From the IMG/VR virus record IMGVR_UViG_3300028393_000019, positions 1 to 64,000 of that record: DNA of 64,000 nt. One strand, 5' to 3'. The number at the start of each line of letters is the position of its first letter. Within the stretch, counting starts at the first letter, position 1. The translations under genes were made by a program, and so were the position numbers. The notes under the pieces were generated by a model. The model had not been told where the DNA came from. It saw only the letters and a list, made by a program, of their open reading frames with translations, and made no database searches. This document shows positions 58,968-64,000 of this stretch, one piece after another.

Positions 58968-59332
58968 TAACAGGTAATCTTCCTATCTCCCCACATGCAG
59001 GAGCAACTGATGTCAAAATGTTTTTTGACAATTATTTTACAACTCAGGTAAGTTTTCCCGCAGCCGAGATAGATGCCGCTATAGGTTTTTTTGCAAAAAG
59101 AGGGTTTGATGATAGCAGTGCCAGTTCAACTGCTATAATTTTACTTAATCAAGCTAGAGTAGAAAATGTTTCAGTGTTTAGCCTACTTGATAAATTGAAA
59201 GGACTAACTGACATTCAGTTGGGCCAGGTTATAGCACAGGTTCTAAATGCATATAGAGAAAAGACCAGTTTGTTGGGCTACAGAACTGCGGTAGTTACTG
59301 ATACATTCGAAGCTCGTAACATACTGGTATAA
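58964..59332 (+). CDS. hypothetical protein (structural region)
   Basis: 122 aa, ATGA-coupled to the upstream gene. Confidence 0.6.
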   Translation: MITGNLPISPHAGATDVKMFFDNYFTTQVSFPAAEIDAAIGFFAKRGFDDSSASSTAIILLNQARVENVSVFSLLDKLKGLTDIQLGQVIAQVLNAYREKTSLLGYRTAVVTDTFEARNILV

Positions 59333-59333
59333 C

Positions 59334-59762
59334 ATGGCCAAGTTTGCTCGCGGCAAGTTCAGTATGAAAAACCCAGAAAAGTATGTGGGCAACAAGATGC
59401 CAACCTACAGAAGCAGTTGGGAGTGGAGTTTTATGAACTTTTGCGACAACAACGACAGTGTGGTCAAATGGGCCAGTGAAGCTGTACAGATCCCCTATAG
59501 AGACCCCCTTACTGAACGCCAAACTGTTTATGTGCCTGATTTTTTTATACAGTACGTGGATAAAAATGGCCGCATGCTACTGGAACTGATTGAGATAAAA
59601 CCTGCCAGTCAAACTATATTAGAGCGGGTGGGCAAGAACAAATTTAATCAAGCACAGTTTGTAAAGAATCAGGCCAAATGGGCTGCCGCCGGTGCTTGGT
59701 GCAAGCAACAGGGCTTGAAGTTTCGTATTCTCAATGAAAATGACATATTCAGTCACCGCTAG
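59334..59762 (+). CDS. gp4: head completion nuclease, T4 gp4-like (TnsA-type PD-(D/E)xK)
   Basis: KNPEKYVG, YRSSWE..FM.FCD, WASE...IPY, YVPDF, IEIKP, NQAKW.AA. Confidence 0.85.
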   Translation: MAKFARGKFSMKNPEKYVGNKMPTYRSSWEWSFMNFCDNNDSVVKWASEAVQIPYRDPLTERQTVYVPDFFIQYVDKNGRMLLELIEIKPASQTILERVGKNKFNQAQFVKNQAKWAAAGAWCKQQGLKFRILNENDIFSHR

Positions 59763-59776
59763 GTATAAGTAATACT

Positions 59777-60256
59777 ATGACAAAGAAATTAGAAGAAGTG
59801 TTGAATCTTCCCGAAAGCAAGAAGATTGTCAAGGAAGAAGAAAAGAAACAGGCCAAAGCTGATCTAGCGCAACCGTTTCTTCGCGATATCAGTGAGTATG
59901 ACAAGATATCGGCTGCACTGCCACAGGTCAAAGGCTTGGGTGATTTGGGTGATAGTGAGCTGGATGAACTGGCTCAAAAAGCCAAAGATGCCTACGAGGA
60001 CATCATGGATTTGGGCATGAATGTAGAAGCTAGATACAGCGGTAGGTTATTTGAAGTTGCGGCCAGCATGCTGGGTCATGCTATTCAAGCCAAAACTGCC
60101 AAACTGGATAAAAAGCTAAAAATGATCGACTTGCAGATTAAGAAGCAAAAATTAGATCAAGATACTAATAATGACGACAGCGTTACAATACAAGGTGACG
60201 GCGTTATTATCACAGATCGCAACAGTTTGTTAGAGAAATTAAAGAATTTAAAATAA
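59777..60256 (+). CDS. probable terminase small subunit
   Basis: Helical protein 'AYEDIMDLGMNVEARYSGRLFEVA..ML..AI.AK..K', C-terminal 'DRNSLL'; lies upstream of the large terminase. Confidence 0.5.
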   Translation: MTKKLEEVLNLPESKKIVKEEEKKQAKADLAQPFLRDISEYDKISAALPQVKGLGDLGDSELDELAQKAKDAYEDIMDLGMNVEARYSGRLFEVAASMLGHAIQAKTAKLDKKLKMIDLQIKKQKLDQDTNNDDSVTIQGDGVIITDRNSLLEKLKNLK

Positions 60257-60277
60257 ATATATGACTAGGATCATACT

Positions 60278-60910
60278 ATGAAATCATTCAAACACTACTT
60301 GACAGAAAGTACAAAAACATACGAATTTAAAATAAAGATCGCCGGGGATCATACCAAAGATGCTGTGGCGCAGATCAAAGCTAGTCTAGCTGAATTCCAT
60401 TGCGGCAAAGTATCTTCTGGTAAGACTACTCCGATCAGCGAGCGTCAATCAGATTTCCCCGAGCACAGAAATACAGAAATGACTGTGTATGATATTGAAA
60501 CTAATTATCCAGCTACCAGCTTGCAAATACGTGATCGTATCTCAGTGGGTTTGGGAGTAACACACAATCACGTCAAAGTACACAGCATGTACGAAGAGCT
60601 TGAGAACGAAATTAATCATCAGCATGACAATCCTACAGGTGAAGCATTTATTGGTCGAGAACAAGATCCCAGCAACAACGGCAATATGGTCAATGACGAG
60701 TACAAATATAATCTATTAAAAGAATTGGGTAAAACCAAACATCAGGGTACACAGTTTAAAGGATACAATGATCAACTCCTAGCTGACAGTGTTCCAGGCC
60801 TTGCTCCAGAATATCGTAAAGAAAAACAATCCAAGCAAGATGGTAAACACTTGAGTACTATTGGCACAACGCAAAATAATATGCCTGCTATAGTTAAAGG
60901 AGCAAGATAA
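60278..60910 (+). CDS. probable internal head protein with capsid-targeting-like N-terminus
   Basis: MKSFKHYLTE resembles the T4 internal-protein targeting peptide MKTYQEFIAE; late promoter at 60254-60259. Confidence 0.55.
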   Translation: MKSFKHYLTESTKTYEFKIKIAGDHTKDAVAQIKASLAEFHCGKVSSGKTTPISERQSDFPEHRNTEMTVYDIETNYPATSLQIRDRISVGLGVTHNHVKVHSMYEELENEINHQHDNPTGEAFIGREQDPSNNGNMVNDEYKYNLLKELGKTKHQGTQFKGYNDQLLADSVPGLAPEYRKEKQSKQDGKHLSTIGTTQNNMPAIVKGAR

Positions 60911-61458
60911 TGAACTTAAAAGATCTAATAGCAAAAATGGATGCTATCGAGGAAGGTGTAGCTGAATGTGGCGCAATGCCCATGCCTGGCGCAATTATGT
61001 CAATAGGACCACAGGCACATCAAGGCCAACCAGATAATGTGTCAATGACTATCAATGTCAACGGTCAGGGCGAAGGCGGCCTTCGTAGCATTATGAATAT
61101 CCTACGCGATATTGAAGCCGGCGAAGAGTCAGGTCACGATGAGCCAATTATGGGAACTGAAGAAGTTCTAAATGTGCAAGGCGATGAAAGTCCATTGTCT
61201 GTATCACCCGATGAAGAGATGGAAGAAGTCATCCATGACGATGAAGAAAGTTGGGGCAATTCTGCACACGGTGGTCACAAGCATCATACACACGGTGCAG
61301 AGGCTGTTACATTCAGCGGTGACGACATGAATAGCAAAGGCAAGATTAGCCCTGTATCACGTGCTCCTGGTACTAACTCATTACGTGAGCCAAGCCAATT
61401 TGATGAAGCATTGGTCAGTCGCTTGACAGCAATGTATCAAGAAATCAAAGAAGCATAA
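60910..61458 (+). CDS. acidic low-complexity protein, possible head core/internal protein
   Basis: 182 aa, E/D-rich with HGGHKHHTH patch; TAATG-coupled to the upstream gene. Confidence 0.55.
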   Translation: MNLKDLIAKMDAIEEGVAECGAMPMPGAIMSIGPQAHQGQPDNVSMTINVNGQGEGGLRSIMNILRDIEAGEESGHDEPIMGTEEVLNVQGDESPLSVSPDEEMEEVIHDDEESWGNSAHGGHKHHTHGAEAVTFSGDDMNSKGKISPVSRAPGTNSLREPSQFDEALVSRLTAMYQEIKEA

Positions 61459-61517
61459 AAGATAAATTTAAGAAAAAGAAAAAAATTCGTCGCAGTTAGC
61501 ACTCTGTTTCCAGTGCC

Positions 61518-61545
61518 AAATAGACCCCTAGGGGTCTATTTTTTT
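61518..61545 (+). terminator. rho-independent terminator
   Basis: AAATAGACCC-CTAG-GGGTCTATTT plus T-run. Confidence 0.85.
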
Positions 61546-61559
61546 GATTAAATAAACAT

Positions 61560-63161
61560 ATGGCAAAATCACTCGACGGCGTCTTAACAAAAAAGGCGCA
61601 TACCAAAGAAAAGTTTACAGAGGAGCAGGTACAGCACTTGCAGGCCTGTGCTGATCCTACCAATGGATACCTGCATTTTGCTAGGAATTTTTTCCATATA
61701 CAGCATCCGGTCAAAGGCAAGGTAAAATTTGAACCTTACGATTATCAAGTAAGGTTATTGCAGGCCTATCATGATTATCGCTTTAACATTAATATGCTGC
61801 CGCGGCAGAGTGGCAAGACAACTTGTGCCGCAGGCTATCTATTATGGTTTGCTATGTTTCATCCAGATCAGACTATTCTGGTTGCCGCACACAAATACAC
61901 AGGCTCACAGGAGATTATGCAACGTATTCGTTATGGATACGAATTATGCGATGACTACATACGTGCTGGGGTTGTCAATTACAACAAAGGGAGCATTGAA
62001 TTTGAAAACGGATCTAGAATTGTTTCAGCTACTACTACTGGTAATACCGGTCGTGGTATGTCCATATCCTTACTATATTGCGATGAGTTTGCTTTCGTAC
62101 AACCTAACATTGCTACAGAATTTTGGACTTCAATATCGCCGACACTAGCAACTGGTGGACGAGCAATTATCACAAGTACACCTAACTCAGATGAAGATGA
62201 ATTTGCTATCATCTGGAAGGAAAGCCAGGACCTATTTGACGAGTTTGGCAATGCACGAGATGACGGCAAAGGTCGCAATGGATTTCACGGATTCCGGGCA
62301 GAGTGGTATGAACACCCAGATCGGGATGAGGAATGGAAACGTGTTGAGACCGGACGTATCGGCGAAGAACGTTTCCGTCGTGAGTACGGTTGTGAATTCA
62401 TCGTGTATGATGAAACACTTATCAGTTCACTTAAACTTATTGATCTAGTGGGCAGAGATCCGCTATGGAAAATGGGGCAAGTGCGATGGTATAAGAAACC
62501 CGAACAGGATCGTGTATATCTTGTGGCATTGGATCCCAGTCTAGGCACAGGTGGCGACTACGGTGCCATTGAAGTGTTTGAAATGCCATCCATGATACAG
62601 ATAGCAGAGTGGCAACACAACATTACTCCTATACAGCAACAGGTCAAAATATTTAGAGATGTGCTGAAATATATCGCAGACGAAATTGGTGAAAACAGTT
62701 ATTCAAGTATCTACTGGAGTGTGGAAAATAACACTGTGGGTGAAAGCGCACTGGTGGTTATTGACAACTTGGGAGAAGAAACTTTTCCGGGAATATTTCT
62801 CAGCGAGCCGGCACGTAAAGGGCATGTGAAAAAATTCCGCAAAGGATTCAACACCACATTTGGTAACAAAATAGCCACTTGCGCTAAAACAAAATTCCTC
62901 GTTGAAGAGGAAAAAATGACCATAAACAGCAGACCCTTGATATCAGAACTCAAAACTTTCATAGCCGCAGGCACTACGTTCAAGGCCAAAGAAGGACAGC
63001 ACGATGATCTAGTATCTGCCCTGCTTTTGGTAGTACGTATGAGTCAAGTGCTAGCAGAATGGGATCCTCAAGTGCTGGAACGTATTAGAGTTACCAGCGA
63101 TTGGGCTGAAGATCCAGAATTTGAACCGCCTATGCCTATATTCGTATCTTCGGGTATGTGA
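61560..63161 (+). CDS. gp17: terminase large subunit
   Basis: Walker A PRQSGKTT, Walker B LLYCDEFAF, IITSTPN, RREYGCEF, nuclease ALDPS and HDDLV. Confidence 0.95.
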   Translation: MAKSLDGVLTKKAHTKEKFTEEQVQHLQACADPTNGYLHFARNFFHIQHPVKGKVKFEPYDYQVRLLQAYHDYRFNINMLPRQSGKTTCAAGYLLWFAMFHPDQTILVAAHKYTGSQEIMQRIRYGYELCDDYIRAGVVNYNKGSIEFENGSRIVSATTTGNTGRGMSISLLYCDEFAFVQPNIATEFWTSISPTLATGGRAIITSTPNSDEDEFAIIWKESQDLFDEFGNARDDGKGRNGFHGFRAEWYEHPDRDEEWKRVETGRIGEERFRREYGCEFIVYDETLISSLKLIDLVGRDPLWKMGQVRWYKKPEQDRVYLVALDPSLGTGGDYGAIEVFEMPSMIQIAEWQHNITPIQQQVKIFRDVLKYIADEIGENSYSSIYWSVENNTVGESALVVIDNLGEETFPGIFLSEPARKGHVKKFRKGFNTTFGNKIATCAKTKFLVEEEKMTINSRPLISELKTFIAAGTTFKAKEGQHDDLVSALLLVVRMSQVLAEWDPQVLERIRVTSDWAEDPEFEPPMPIFVSSGM

Positions 63162-63171
63162 TAAATATAAC

Positions 63172-64000
63172 ATGAACAAGAATTTAAATAAAATTGCACA
63201 AGATCTGTATGGGAAGATTGAAACACGGTTTCCTAATATCAAGATCGGTGATGAAAATGCTGGTGTTTTGAGCAAAAAGACCGATATTCCCGATGCACGT
63301 TTTTTCGAATTTGAATACGAAGATGACGGAGAAAAGTTGGGAACTATTGCCATCACGCTGGATGCAGATGACGGAATCGTTATTCAAGTCAGCGGACAGT
63401 TGGCTGACAGCAAGCACTACGGAGCATTTAGATTTATCCGCAGTTTTAGACAATTTGCCAAAAATCGCTTGTTAAAATTCCATGTGCAAAATATCGGCAA
63501 AGATCATCTAGACAAACGTGATTACAATTTTCAAGCGAAACCTAAGGAAGAACCAGTTATGCTATCGCAACAACAACCCATGATGGAAAGTAAGATGTAC
63601 GGTAACGCTCGCATGAGTTACCAGGATCTAGGCGAAGCACGCCTAGTGATCAAACACAGTCAACCGGTGAATCCAGAGATTGCCGCTGGCCGCACCATGC
63701 ACATTGACAGCATCTATGTTGAAAACTCACAAGGTGAACGTTTCAAATATCCATTCAAACATCTCAGTGGTGCTCGTGCAATGGCTGAACATCTCAAACA
63801 TGACGGAATTCCCTATGATGCAATCGGCAAACATATTACCAGTCTAAGCGAAGAACTGGCTCAACTACGCAAGTTCAAAGGCTATGTTACACGCAACTCC
63901 ACACTGGCAGAAGCAATGAACGACATCACCCCACGGGTGCTGGAGCGCATTGAAGCAGTTAAAAAAGAAGTAGACATGTTACAACGTCCAGCATACTATG
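63172..64000 (+). CDS. hypothetical late protein, 3'-truncated (absent from the ORF track)
   Basis: ATG at 63172 (MNKNLNKIAQDLYGKIETRF...) stays in frame through MMESKMYG...GARAMAEH to the window end; TAAATA at 63162-63167. Confidence 0.75.
   Translation, partial: MNKNLNKIAQDLYGKIETRFPNIKIGDENAGVLSKKTDIPDARFFEFEYEDDGEKLGTIAITLDADDGIVIQVSGQLADSKHYGAFRFIRSFRQFAKNRLLKFHVQNIGKDHLDKRDYNFQAKPKEEPVMLSQQQPMMESKMYGNARMSYQDLGEARLVIKHSQPVNPEIAAGRTMHIDSIYVENSQGERFKYPFKHLSGARAMAEHLKHDGIPYDAIGKHITSLSEELAQLRKFKGYVTRNSTLAEAMNDITPRVLERIEAVKKEVDMLQRPAYY

Noticed and set aside
61490-61517. Small GCACT...AGTGC stem upstream of the terminator
   Set aside because: Only 5 bp; too weak to call without conservation data.
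61560-63161. Intein or intron in the large terminase
   Set aside because: 533 aa with contiguous ATPase and nuclease motifs; no splicing motifs seen.
1-64000. CRISPR arrays, tRNAs, rRNAs, IS elements, stop-codon reassignment
   Set aside because: No spaced direct repeats, cloverleafs or transposases seen; genes are full length and densely packed in the standard code.

Overview
This window is a 64-kb stretch of a large, T4-like (myovirus) dsDNA phage genome in the standard genetic code, covering its late/virion region. 1-32.5 kb: Thr/Gly/Ser-rich virion genes, including two giant paralogous fibre/adhesin proteins (2925 and 3701 aa) built from shuffled and nested modules, and three tandem Gly/His-rich fibre-tip paralogues followed by a chaperone-like gene. 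32.5-48.4 kb: a dense enzyme island starting at a perfect T4-type late promoter, with 4 flavin-dependent (tryptophan-halogenase family) enzymes, 12 Fe(II)/2-oxoglutarate or JmjC oxygenases, 2 DUF6065/dUTPase-fold-like paralogues and 2 small proteins. 48.4-64 kb: NUDIX hydrolase, neck/tail-completion genes (gp15, gp14, gp13-like), dNMP kinase, a small HNH-like protein, tail sheath, tail tube, gp4-like head completion nuclease, probable small terminase, probable internal head proteins, large terminase and a truncated ORF. The best candidate for a new system is the halogenase/oxygenase island acting as a late-expressed post-translational tailoring pathway for the adjacent His-rich fibre proteins; this is inference. 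All family assignments come from motif recognition by eye; no searches were run.
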